Shown in pieces: positions 5,786-13,854 of a stretch of DNA of 32,000 nt. The stretch covers positions 13,749 to 45,748 of IMG/VR virus record IMGVR_UViG_3300045988_122038, one strand, 5' to 3'. The notes below the pieces were generated by a model. That model was not told the origin of the DNA, ran no database searches, and saw nothing but the letters and a program-made list of their open reading frames with translations. This stretch comes from a virus. Each line of letters opens with the position of its first letter. Position 1 is the stretch's first letter. Position numbers and translations under genes: made by a program.

Positions 5786-5798
5786 ATGAGTAAGCGCC
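5786..5798 (+). repeat. direct repeat core ATGAGTAAGCGCC, copy 1 (similarity extends to ~38 nt)
   Basis: Identical 13-mer at 5922-5934. Followed by the hairpin TAGGCTT...AAGCCTA. Confidence 0.7.
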
Positions 5799-5921
5799 CT
5801 TTTTTTATGTCTAGGCTTATTTTAATGTGAAGCCTAAACAATAACTTATTTAATAAACTTATAAACTTATCCATATTATCAAGTCCAATCTATCAATTTA
5901 AAGTTGTCTTGGCTTGGCTTT

Positions 5922-5934
5922 ATGAGTAAGCGCC
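5922..5934 (+). repeat. direct repeat core ATGAGTAAGCGCC, copy 2
   Basis: 136 nt from copy 1. Followed by the hairpin GTGTAAGC-TTAACTT-GCTTACAC. Confidence 0.7.
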
Positions 5935-5971
5935 GTTTGTTTTGTGTAAGCTTAACTTGCTTACACTTAAT

Positions 5972-5999
5972 ATTATATACAGTTATAACCGTATGTCAA
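5972..5999 (-). promoter_or_regulatory. near-consensus sigma-A-type promoter firing leftward toward the RHH operon
   Basis: On the - strand: TTGACA (reverse complement of 5994-5999), 16-nt spacer, TATAAT (reverse complement of 5972-5977). Confidence 0.5.
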
Positions 6000-6069
6000 T
6001 AAAAAATAATAATATTTTTTTTGCTCATTTTTTCAAAAAGCTTTTTGTTTTTGAAACGTGCACGCAAGC

Positions 6070-6130
6070 GCCTATTTAAAAGGCTTTTAAGCGTGTTCGG
6101 TTCTAGTCTTATAACATATAGTTAACAGAC
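6070..6130 (+). repeat. copy 2 of the ~60-nt conserved non-coding element
   Basis: See copy 1 (1896-1955). Here it lies 20 nt upstream of the strong terminator at 6151. Confidence 0.55.
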
Positions 6131-6150
6131 TATAAAATATATACATGTAT

Positions 6151-6175
6151 GGACGTTGTGAACGTCCTTTTTTTT
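6151..6175 (+). terminator. strong intrinsic terminator
   Basis: GGACGTT (6151-6157) / AACGTCC (6161-6167), 3-nt loop, T8 (6168-6175). Confidence 0.75.
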
Positions 6176-6399
6176 ATGTGGTCTTGCACCAGATAAAGGA
6201 AGACAAGTAGCACGCTTGAACGCATGGGACGGGTGCATATTATCCAATGTATGTTGGAGCTGTTGGAGTTTGCTATATATAAGAACGCGTACGCACGTTC
6301 TATTAATAGAGCTATGGCCATGGTATGAAACAACGCTTTCAACAAGTCATGTTGAAACATCTTTCAACACAATAATAAATATGTGAATATCATATGACT

Positions 6400-6600
6400 G
6401 AAGCCGTTAACGGGGCGGTGTGGTGGTAGCTGCATAGGTTTGATTTTTAACCCTGAAAGCGCCCAGGGCTGGGATCAGATCAGCATAGACCCCCCTATCT
6501 TTCAAAAGTTTTTTGTGTTTTGGGGAACGGCGTGGGGAGTTTAAAAAAACCGGGTCATGAGTGCATGAGAGGGGGTAAAATCTGAATTTCTTCATTTTGT
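6400..6600. other. candidate cos-site / structured-RNA region (GC-rich core of the ORF-less gap)
   Basis: G and C runs (GGGGCGGTGTGGTGG at 6412, C6 at 6490-6495, GGGGAACGGCGTGGGGAG at 6522, G5 at 6571-6575) lie directly upstream of HNH-TerS-TerL. The cleavage position cannot be read from the sequence. Confidence 0.25.
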
Positions 6601-6611
6601 ACAGTGTACAA
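6597..6611. promoter_or_regulatory. perfect 7-1-7 palindrome TTGTACAgTGTACAA (operator/activator site), copy 1
   Basis: The 19-mer ATTTTGTACAGTGTACAAA (6594-6612) recurs exactly at 30291-30309. In both copies a TATTnT hexamer lies 13 nt downstream (here 6625-6630). Confidence 0.55.
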
Positions 6612-6705
6612 AGAAAAACCGTGATATTCTGTAGTCGTGAAGATTGGAAAACATCTTCTAGAACAAACAAGGTAGTTCTTGGATTGTTTCATTTTAGTGC
6701 CCGTT

Positions 6706-6740
6706 GAAAAAGACCTGTGGAAACATGGGTCTTTTTCATA
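6706..6740. terminator. bidirectional terminator-like hairpin upstream of the HNH gene
   Basis: AAAAAGACC ... GGTCTTTTT with a 12-nt loop. Confidence 0.35.
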
Positions 6741-6828
6741 TCACTGCATTCAAAGTATTTACTGTTAGTTTTTGTCGTCCTTTAAATCTGTTAACTGTAG
6801 TTATGGTCAAAACTTTGAATGTAGCGAT

Positions 6829-7215
6829 ATGAAAAAATATTATGGTTCAGAAGCAACAAAAACAGGTGCTAGAAATTATGCTAGAAAATTTTACTCAAGC
6901 AAGGCTTGGGAAAAGAAAAGCAAAGCGTATAGAAAGGCACATCCACTTTGTGAAAGATGTTTGAAAAAAGGTATCTATACCAGGTCGACTTGTGTGCATC
7001 ACAAAACACACATTGACCAGGACAACTATAGAGATGTACACATTCTATTTGGCGATTCCAATTTGGAAGCGTTGTGTGACTTATGTCATGCTGAAGAACA
7101 TTCAAAACGTAAACCATCTTTTGAATTTGATGAAAAAGGAATGCTTATAGGATGTGGAAGGGAGGATGATGAATGCAAAAAGGAGCATGGAAAAAAAGAA
7201 TCAATTCACAACTAG
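6829..7215 (+). CDS. phage-associated HNH endonuclease (packaging accessory)
   Basis: Motifs WEKKSKAYRKAHPLCERC, VHHKTHI, NLEALCDLCHAEEH. First ATG in frame; sits upstream of the terminase genes. Confidence 0.85.
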   Translation: MKKYYGSEATKTGARNYARKFYSSKAWEKKSKAYRKAHPLCERCLKKGIYTRSTCVHHKTHIDQDNYRDVHILFGDSNLEALCDLCHAEEHSKRKPSFEFDEKGMLIGCGREDDECKKEHGKKESIHN

Positions 7216-7547
7216 AGAATTTAGGCACATTTTCTCCTGAATATTCGGTTGCGGTTGATTCACTTGCAGATGCATTGGCCCAATATGATTCAACAATGAA
7301 GCAATGGAGAGATTCAAGTAAAGCAAATGGCTACAAATCACTACAGATGGTTGTTGAATATACCAATAAAGGCGGTGCAACGAATTTATCACGCTCACCA
7401 TACTACATTATTACCGTTCAATTACGTGATCAGATCATGAAGTACTGCAAAGAACTTGGCTTGTCACCTACTTCACTTTCAAAAACAACAGAAGTATCCG
7501 GAAAAAAAGGTGATGAATTGGATGAGTTCATGAGCAGATTTAAATGA
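7173..7547 (+). CDS. terS: terminase small subunit (P27-family-like)
   Basis: About 120 aa, immediately upstream of and ATGA-coupled to TerL. SD 'gggagga'. The N-terminal GTFSPEYSVAVDSLADA pattern is typical of this family. Confidence 0.7.
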   Translation: MQKGAWKKRINSQLENLGTFSPEYSVAVDSLADALAQYDSTMKQWRDSSKANGYKSLQMVVEYTNKGGATNLSRSPYYIITVQLRDQIMKYCKELGLSPTSLSKTTEVSGKKGDELDEFMSRFK

Positions 7548-9202
7548 AATATTTAGACATTTATAAAGAACGTATTAAATCGGGTGAAGATGTAGTCGGT
7601 AAGTGGATAAAGCTTAATCTTCAATATGTTGAAAGAGGTTTAGCAAATGGAGATTTCTTCTATGATGAGAAAAAAGCGGAAATGCATATAGCGTTTATTG
7701 AAACGTTTTGTCATCACGTAGAAGGAAAAACAACAAAAGTGAAGCTTGAGCCTTGGCAAAAATACTATATTGCGTGCATATTCGGACTTGTTGATAAGAA
7801 TGGAAAAAGGCAGTTTCGTGAAATACCTACGGTCATGGGCCGAAAACAAGGAAAATCATTTCTTTGTGCAGGTATTGAACTTGATGTTGGGTTTACATCT
7901 GATGAAGCAGGTATGCAGATATACAATATAGCGCCAAAGTTAAAACAAGCACAGATCATTTACAATGTTCTGTATCAAATGATGGAACACTCTAAAGCGT
8001 TGAGTCAAAGAGTGAAAAAACGTAGAACAGATATCTACATGAAACAGAACAACTGTAGATGGGAGCCAATTGCCTTTGCATCTAAGAAATCAGACGGATT
8101 TAACCCATATTTGACAATCTTTGATGAGTTTGCAGCCTGGGAAGGTGAAGCTGGTATGAAAATGTACAACGTTATGTTGTCGGCAGGTGGTGCAAGACCT
8201 GATCCACTTTATATTCCTGTAAGTACCGCAAACTATATTGATGAAGGATTATATGATGAATTATTTGTTCGTGGAACATCTGTTTTACTTGGTACGTCTG
8301 ATGAAAAACAAATGTTGCCTTTCTTTTATATGATTGATGATATTCAAAAATGGGATGATCCTATTGAATTAAGAAAAGCAATGCCAAACCTTGGAATATC
8401 GGTTTCTTATGAATATTTGCAGAATGAAATTTTAAAAGCACATAGCTCACCGACATATAAGGCGGAGTTTATAACAAAATATGCGAATATCAAACAGAAT
8501 TCAACGGAAGCGTTATTTAGTGCAGAAGATATCAACAAAGTTAAAGGTGAAGAACTTAGATTTGAAGATTTTGCACATACATATGCAGTTGGTGGAATCG
8601 ATTTGTCGCAAACAACCGATTTAACAGCCGCATCTGTTGTTATACGAATTCAAGAACAGGATTACATATTTACTCATTTTTGGCTTCCAACATTAAAAAT
8701 CAAGGAGCTAGAAGAAAGAGACAAAATACCGTATACAAGATTTATTCAATTGGGATATTTAAGTCCAAGTGGGGAAAACTTTGTACGGTATGAAGATGTT
8801 ACGGAATGGTTTGAAATGCTACGTAAGAAATACAAGATTTATTGCGTTGTCGTCGGATATGACCGCTATTCGGCACAGTATCTTGTGGATGATATGAAGA
8901 AATATGGATACAAGATGGATGATGTAATTCAGGGAACTAACCTTACACCGGTTATTAATGAATTTACGGGATATGTAAGAGATGGATTTGTTCATACAGG
9001 AACAAATGGATTATTACAAGCACATATGTCTAGTGTGGCATTAAAGAAAGTTGCGGAGGACAATCGTGTCCGCATGATTAAAACTGATCCAAGAAAACAT
9101 ATTGATGGATATGCATCTGTTATTGATGCATATACAGTAAGACAAAAATGGTGGGATACATTTAAATACCGCCTTGAAAACAAGAAAAGGAAGGTGAATT
9201 AG
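7544..9202 (+). CDS. terL: terminase large subunit
   Basis: 552 aa. Walker A-like VMGRKQGKS and Walker B-like LTIFDEFA, with a C-terminal nuclease region. Position is as expected. Confidence 0.95.
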   Translation: MKYLDIYKERIKSGEDVVGKWIKLNLQYVERGLANGDFFYDEKKAEMHIAFIETFCHHVEGKTTKVKLEPWQKYYIACIFGLVDKNGKRQFREIPTVMGRKQGKSFLCAGIELDVGFTSDEAGMQIYNIAPKLKQAQIIYNVLYQMMEHSKALSQRVKKRRTDIYMKQNNCRWEPIAFASKKSDGFNPYLTIFDEFAAWEGEAGMKMYNVMLSAGGARPDPLYIPVSTANYIDEGLYDELFVRGTSVLLGTSDEKQMLPFFYMIDDIQKWDDPIELRKAMPNLGISVSYEYLQNEILKAHSSPTYKAEFITKYANIKQNSTEALFSAEDINKVKGEELRFEDFAHTYAVGGIDLSQTTDLTAASVVIRIQEQDYIFTHFWLPTLKIKELEERDKIPYTRFIQLGYLSPSGENFVRYEDVTEWFEMLRKKYKIYCVVVGYDRYSAQYLVDDMKKYGYKMDDVIQGTNLTPVINEFTGYVRDGFVHTGTNGLLQAHMSSVALKKVAEDNRVRMIKTDPRKHIDGYASVIDAYTVRQKWWDTFKYRLENKKRKVN

Positions 9203-10476
9203 TGGCTAAAAGCAGAAGAAAAAGATTTGGTTTGCTAGGAAGTCTGTTAGGACTAAATAAGCCAGCACCTAAACAAAATCAATTACACTCTATGTTTGCA
9301 AGCTTAGGTGGATATTCACCAGTGTATTCATCATATGATGGTGGAATATATGAGATTGGACTTTGCAGAGCATGTATCAATCGAATTGCCACATCATGTG
9401 GAAAAGCTTCACCTGAACTGACAAACAAAGACTACAAAAGCAAGATATATAACTATTTGGTTAAGAAAAAGCCAAATCCTTATATGACAGCTAGTCAATT
9501 TTATAAAAGATTGGCAACTATCTATTTTACAGAAAACAATGCTTTCATTATTCCAATTGAAGATGAATATGGAATGGTAAAGGGATTATGGCCCGCAGTA
9601 CCAAGTCAGTGTCAGTTAAAAGAAATCAATGGTGTAGTTTATATTTATTTTAATTTCATCTATGGCGAAACAAAATTGATTGAATATAGCAAAGTAGGAC
9701 ATCTAAGGCAGATGCAGTATAAAAATGATTACTTTGGTGATACGAATGATGCATTTGATACAACAGCTAAATTGATGCTTGCTCAGGAAGAAGGAGCAAT
9801 CAATGCGATTAAGTCGAGCTCTATTGTTCGATTCTTGGCTAAAATTTCAACACCAATTGATGATGACGAGGATTACAAAGAACAACAAAACATGATCTTG
9901 AGAAATAATCTGAATAAGAATGAAACAGGTGTATTCCTTGTTGATAATCGATTTGATGAAGTAAAACCGATTGAAAGTAAACCACTATTAGTGGATGCCA
10001 AGCAGAAGCAGGCAATTGAAAATAGTGTATACAGCTATTTTGGAATTAGTGAAGCTATTTTACAAAATAAATATAAACCTGATGAATGGAATGCATTTTA
10101 TGAATCAATTATCGAACCATTCTTTATTGAAGTTGGAGAAGTGTTGAGTGGAATGTTATATTCCGTAAATCAGATTATGAATGGTAGTGAAATCATTCTT
10201 ACAAGTGATCGTTTACAGTATGATTCAACACAGACAAAATTAAATGTTGCGACTCAAATGTTCGATAGAGGAATGATTGATACGAATGGGGCATTAAACA
10301 TCATGAACAAAGCGCCTTTACCAGATGATGAAGGTAAGAAACGTTTTATTCGAGGTGAATACATCCAGGTAACTAAATCAAATCAAGGAGGAATTGGTTA
10401 CAATGGAGAAACCGAACCACAGCAAAATCCAAATGCGCTCGATCCCGTTCCAAATGAACCCGGTGACGGAAAATAA
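9202..10476 (+). CDS. portal protein (HK97-type)
   Basis: 424 aa, GTG start overlapping the TerL stop. Position and size fit. Confidence 0.85.
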   Translation: MAKSRRKRFGLLGSLLGLNKPAPKQNQLHSMFASLGGYSPVYSSYDGGIYEIGLCRACINRIATSCGKASPELTNKDYKSKIYNYLVKKKPNPYMTASQFYKRLATIYFTENNAFIIPIEDEYGMVKGLWPAVPSQCQLKEINGVVYIYFNFIYGETKLIEYSKVGHLRQMQYKNDYFGDTNDAFDTTAKLMLAQEEGAINAIKSSSIVRFLAKISTPIDDDEDYKEQQNMILRNNLNKNETGVFLVDNRFDEVKPIESKPLLVDAKQKQAIENSVYSYFGISEAILQNKYKPDEWNAFYESIIEPFFIEVGEVLSGMLYSVNQIMNGSEIILTSDRLQYDSTQTKLNVATQMFDRGMIDTNGALNIMNKAPLPDDEGKKRFIRGEYIQVTKSNQGGIGYNGETEPQQNPNALDPVPNEPGDGK

Positions 10477-11014
10477 ACGGATTGATACTCAGTACTATGT
10501 TGAAGGATATGCTACAACATTTGAACCTTACGTTCTTTATCGAGATTACGAAGGTAATGATGTATATGAGTTGATTGAGCGTTCAAGTTTGGATAACGCT
10601 GATATGAGTGATATCATCTTCCAATTTGATCATGGAGGAATGGTATATGCACGTACAAGCAATGGTTCATTGATTGTTGAAGTAGATGAACACGGATTGT
10701 TTGTTGCAGCAGACTTGGGAAGAACAGAAGCTGCAAAACGTTTGTACGACAGTATTCAGGCAGGAATGGTTACTCAGATGTCATGGCGATACATGGTGGA
10801 TGAGGAATCATATGATAGATCTAAAAAGATGTGGACAACACGTAAAGTATCAAAAATTTATGATGTTTCGGCAGTGTCGATTCCTGCAAATGATCAAACA
10901 TCTATTGAAGCAAGGGCAAAGTCTTTAATGGATGAAGACCGGGTTAAAAAAGAAAATGAAAAGAAACGAGAAAGACTGAGTTTGTTGTTGCAGATTAAGG
11001 AGGCTATTAATTAA
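10403..11014 (+). CDS. prohead maturation protease (HK97 / S78-like)
   Basis: The ATG at 10403 lies 11 nt after AAGGAGG. The N-terminal YYVEGYATTFEPY pattern is typical. Lies between the portal and capsid genes. Confidence 0.8.
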   Translation: MEKPNHSKIQMRSIPFQMNPVTENKRIDTQYYVEGYATTFEPYVLYRDYEGNDVYELIERSSLDNADMSDIIFQFDHGGMVYARTSNGSLIVEVDEHGLFVAADLGRTEAAKRLYDSIQAGMVTQMSWRYMVDEESYDRSKKMWTTRKVSKIYDVSAVSIPANDQTSIEARAKSLMDEDRVKKENEKKRERLSLLLQIKEAIN

Positions 11015-12330
11015 TGTTTACAGAGCAACAACTAGCAGCATTCAATGCAATGAATCACGAACAGATTCAAAAAAGATTTAAAGAAATTCAAGATGAGGTC
11101 AACAAAAACGATCCTAATACAAACTTGGAAATGTTACAGGCGGAATTTGATATCTTGCAAAAACGTGACAAAGAGTTACAAGGCAAGGTAGCACAACGTA
11201 AAGCGTTCTTAGATACTATGGCAAAATCTATTGTAGATGAAGAAGGTGCTTTTGTTACACAACAGGAACAAGCTCGTAGCAAAGCACATCCATCAATGCC
11301 TACAAACTTGTCAGAACGTAAAAAAGGAATGGAAGACGATATGGAGTATCGTAGTGCATTCATGGAATTCGTTCAAAAAGGAAAACAGTCAGAAATCTTA
11401 AGACAACGTAGTGCAGAAGCTGGTGTAGCAGCTGATCTAGGTATTTTAATTCCTGAAACAATTGTTCAGAAAGTAATGACTGAATTAAGTAAATCACGTG
11501 GTTACTTATATAATGCAGTATTACATACAAATTTCCGTGGCGGTGTTAAATATCCTATCGGTTCATTTAAAGCTACTTTTAAACGTATTACAGAAACAAC
11601 AGTGTCTGATCGACAAAAAGCCGGTTCTGTTACAGAATTTGTACAATTTGGATATTTGATTGGTGAAATTCGTTTAGCACGTACATTACTACAAACTGTA
11701 TTGACTGTAAATGCATTTGAAACTGAATTAGCAAAAGTTATTGTAGAAGCTTATTTGGAAGCTATGGATCGTGAAATTTTAACAGGTGACTCTACAAATA
11801 ATGAATGTGAAGGTATTTTAACAGAAGCTAATAAAGTATCAGGTAGTCGTATTAAAGCCGATCATATTATTGAATTTACGGAAGCAGAAATGAAAGATTG
11901 GAAATCATGGCAAACAAAATTGTTCGCAAAGATTCCTTTATCAATGCGTAAATTAAAACCAGAGTTTGTAATGACTCCTGCTACATATGAAGCAAACATT
12001 AAAACGTTGGCCGACGATAATAATCGTCCTGTTTATGCAGAAACATATAATCCTATTGATGGTGCAGAACGTGCAACATTCAAAGCTAGAACAGTTAATT
12101 TCGTTGAAAATGATACATTCAAAGATTTTGATGAAGCAAAAAACGGTGAATATTTCGGAATGTATTGGGTTGGAAAAGAAGCCTATGCGATCAACTCAAA
12201 TATGCAGTTTGGTGTGAAGAAGTACTGGGATTATGAAAAAAATGAGGAAGTAACTCAAGCATTGGTTATCAATGATGGTAAAGTATTAGATCCTCAATAC
12301 ATCTTCTTGTTAAAAAAAAAAGTAGCTTAA
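11014..12330 (+). CDS. major capsid protein (HK97 fold) with an N-terminal coiled-coil delta/scaffold region
   Basis: 438 aa, ATGA-type coupling to the protease gene. N-terminal ~110 aa are coiled-coil-like. Confidence 0.9.
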   Translation: MFTEQQLAAFNAMNHEQIQKRFKEIQDEVNKNDPNTNLEMLQAEFDILQKRDKELQGKVAQRKAFLDTMAKSIVDEEGAFVTQQEQARSKAHPSMPTNLSERKKGMEDDMEYRSAFMEFVQKGKQSEILRQRSAEAGVAADLGILIPETIVQKVMTELSKSRGYLYNAVLHTNFRGGVKYPIGSFKATFKRITETTVSDRQKAGSVTEFVQFGYLIGEIRLARTLLQTVLTVNAFETELAKVIVEAYLEAMDREILTGDSTNNECEGILTEANKVSGSRIKADHIIEFTEAEMKDWKSWQTKLFAKIPLSMRKLKPEFVMTPATYEANIKTLADDNNRPVYAETYNPIDGAERATFKARTVNFVENDTFKDFDEAKNGEYFGMYWVGKEAYAINSNMQFGVKKYWDYEKNEEVTQALVINDGKVLDPQYIFLLKKKVA

Positions 12331-12476
12331 GCAATGGAGATGTTACAAAAGATGAAAGTCAAACAGGAACACAATCATTAAATGATGAAGAACCTGTTGG
12401 AACTGATGATGAACCTATTTTATTAGATGATGAGCCTAAGAAAACTACTCGAAAAAGCAGTGCGAAGAAAGCTTAG
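12321..12476 (+). other. 51-codon open -1 frame contiguous with the capsid gene (putative frameshift extension)
   Basis: A10 run at 12312-12321 directly before the capsid stop. The -1 frame reads SSLSNGDVTKDESQTGTQSLNDEEPVGTDDEPILLDDEPKKTTRKSSAKKA and fills the whole 156-nt gap to the next gene. Confidence 0.4.
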
Positions 12477-12486
12477 GTGATAGATA

Positions 12487-12789
12487 ATGGCGTTCAATAT
12501 TTCTGAAAGCCTTCTAGAACGTGTTAGAACTGCTGCTACAAGAGCTAAATCACATGCTTATGATGATGAAATCAAAACGTATATCAATGCATGTTTATAC
12601 GATTTGGATAGATTAAATATCTTATTTGATGAAGATGATTTAGAAGATGAAATTGTAGTAGCGGTAATAGCATATGTAATGTCAAAATTTGGTACAACGG
12701 ATGCTTCAAATAAAGAATCAATGGCTAAAACATATGAGGATTTACGTCAGATTCTTATGACAGATAAATCTCATAAGAAGGTGAAATAG
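12487..12789 (+). CDS. head-tail connector (gp6-like), position-based
   Basis: 100 aa, first gene after the capsid gene. SD 'aggtga'. Confidence 0.55.
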   Translation: MAFNISESLLERVRTAATRAKSHAYDDEIKTYINACLYDLDRLNILFDEDDLEDEIVVAVIAYVMSKFGTTDASNKESMAKTYEDLRQILMTDKSHKKVK

Positions 12790-12790
12790 T

Positions 12791-13126
12791 ATGGCATATG
12801 AATATACTCGTGAGAATAATCTTTACTACGATGTGGCATATCTGATTGAAAAAGAAAGATATGTGGATGCAGATGGTGTGGAACGTGTTAATGAAACTGA
12901 GAAGGAAGTATTTTGCCGTGTCGGTGGAATTTATTCAAAAGAATTTAATGAAGCCTACCAGGCAGGCATACAGTTAGCGTATAAGCTTGTTATTCCTACT
13001 ATTGATTACAATGATGAAACGACAGTGAAATACAACGACAAAAAGTATGCGGTTTATCGTACATTCCCATCCGGAGATACGATTGAACTATATGTTCAAC
13101 AGGATGCTGGAGAATGGAAACAGTAA
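12791..13126 (+). CDS. head closure / head-tail joining protein, position-based
   Basis: 111 aa, tightly coupled to the upstream gene. Confidence 0.5.
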   Translation: MAYEYTRENNLYYDVAYLIEKERYVDADGVERVNETEKEVFCRVGGIYSKEFNEAYQAGIQLAYKLVIPTIDYNDETTVKYNDKKYAVYRTFPSGDTIELYVQQDAGEWKQ

Positions 13127-13452
13127 GACAACAGATTGTAGCTAAATTCACTGAACTTTTAGGTGAAGGACAATTTGTATATGGCAGTTTCAAATCAAAA
13201 CCCCATACCCCCTATGGGAATTATGCATTGGATTATACAAATAATTACTTTGCAGACAATAGAACGTATTGTAAGATTGGAACTTACATATATAGATTAG
13301 TGACTGATCAAAAAGATTTTGAATTAGAAGCTAAAATCGAAGACATATTTGATGAACTAGAAATACCATACCAAACCATCACAGATGAAGATATAAACAC
13401 TCAAAAAGTACACTGTACAGAATGGACGGTGACATTAGTTGGCCACCAATGA
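13114..13452 (+). CDS. neck / tail-completion protein, position-based
   Basis: 112 aa, overlaps the upstream gene by 13 nt. Confidence 0.4.
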   Translation: METVRQQIVAKFTELLGEGQFVYGSFKSKPHTPYGNYALDYTNNYFADNRTYCKIGTYIYRLVTDQKDFELEAKIEDIFDELEIPYQTITDEDINTQKVHCTEWTVTLVGHQ

Positions 13453-13849
13453 TGTATATTGCGATATGTCACAACTTGGGCCTGAAATCAGAAAGATGAT
13501 TCAAGAATATAAAGAGCATTCTTTGGCGCAGATTGACAGAGCAGTAGAAGAAACTACAAAAGATTCTAAAGACATTGTTAAAGCTAAGGCCAATGTAGAC
13601 CATAGAAACACGCGCAGAAAGGGAAAATATAAAAGGTCTATAACATATAAGATAGAACGTGAATTAGCTCATACACGCGGTGTTATTTATGCGAGTGGCC
13701 ATGAATACTCATTAACTCATTTATTAGAAAACGGACATAATTTATGGAATTCTCCTAGACGTACACGTGCATTTAAGCACTGGAAAGATGGAGAAACAAA
13801 CGCAATCAAGGAACTGCCAAGTTTAATCGAAAAATATTTGAAAGGATAA
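13439..13849 (+). CDS. HK97 gp10-like tail component
   Basis: TTG start 6 nt after GGTGA. Size and position fit, and the segment VEETTKDSKDIVKAKANVD...GKYKRSITYK fits the family pattern. Confidence 0.5.
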   Translation: MATNDVYCDMSQLGPEIRKMIQEYKEHSLAQIDRAVEETTKDSKDIVKAKANVDHRNTRRKGKYKRSITYKIERELAHTRGVIYASGHEYSLTHLLENGHNLWNSPRRTRAFKHWKDGETNAIKELPSLIEKYLKG

Positions 13850-13854
13850 AAACT

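Noticed and set aside
5786-6000. Two mini-ORFs starting MSKR at the direct repeats (MSKRPFFMSRLILM, and a 26-aa ORF MSKRRLFCVSLTCLHLILYTVITVCQ)
   Set aside because: Neither has an SD. The shared ATGAGTAAGCGCC is more simply a DNA/RNA repeat. Type I toxin-like peptides cannot be excluded, but they are not supported.
6130-6670. Two - strand ORFs (6130-6360 and 6407-6670) in the long gap
   Set aside because: Neither has an SD and both have odd composition. They run through the strong + strand terminator, the G/C runs and the palindromic site. The region is better explained as regulatory, cos or RNA sequence.
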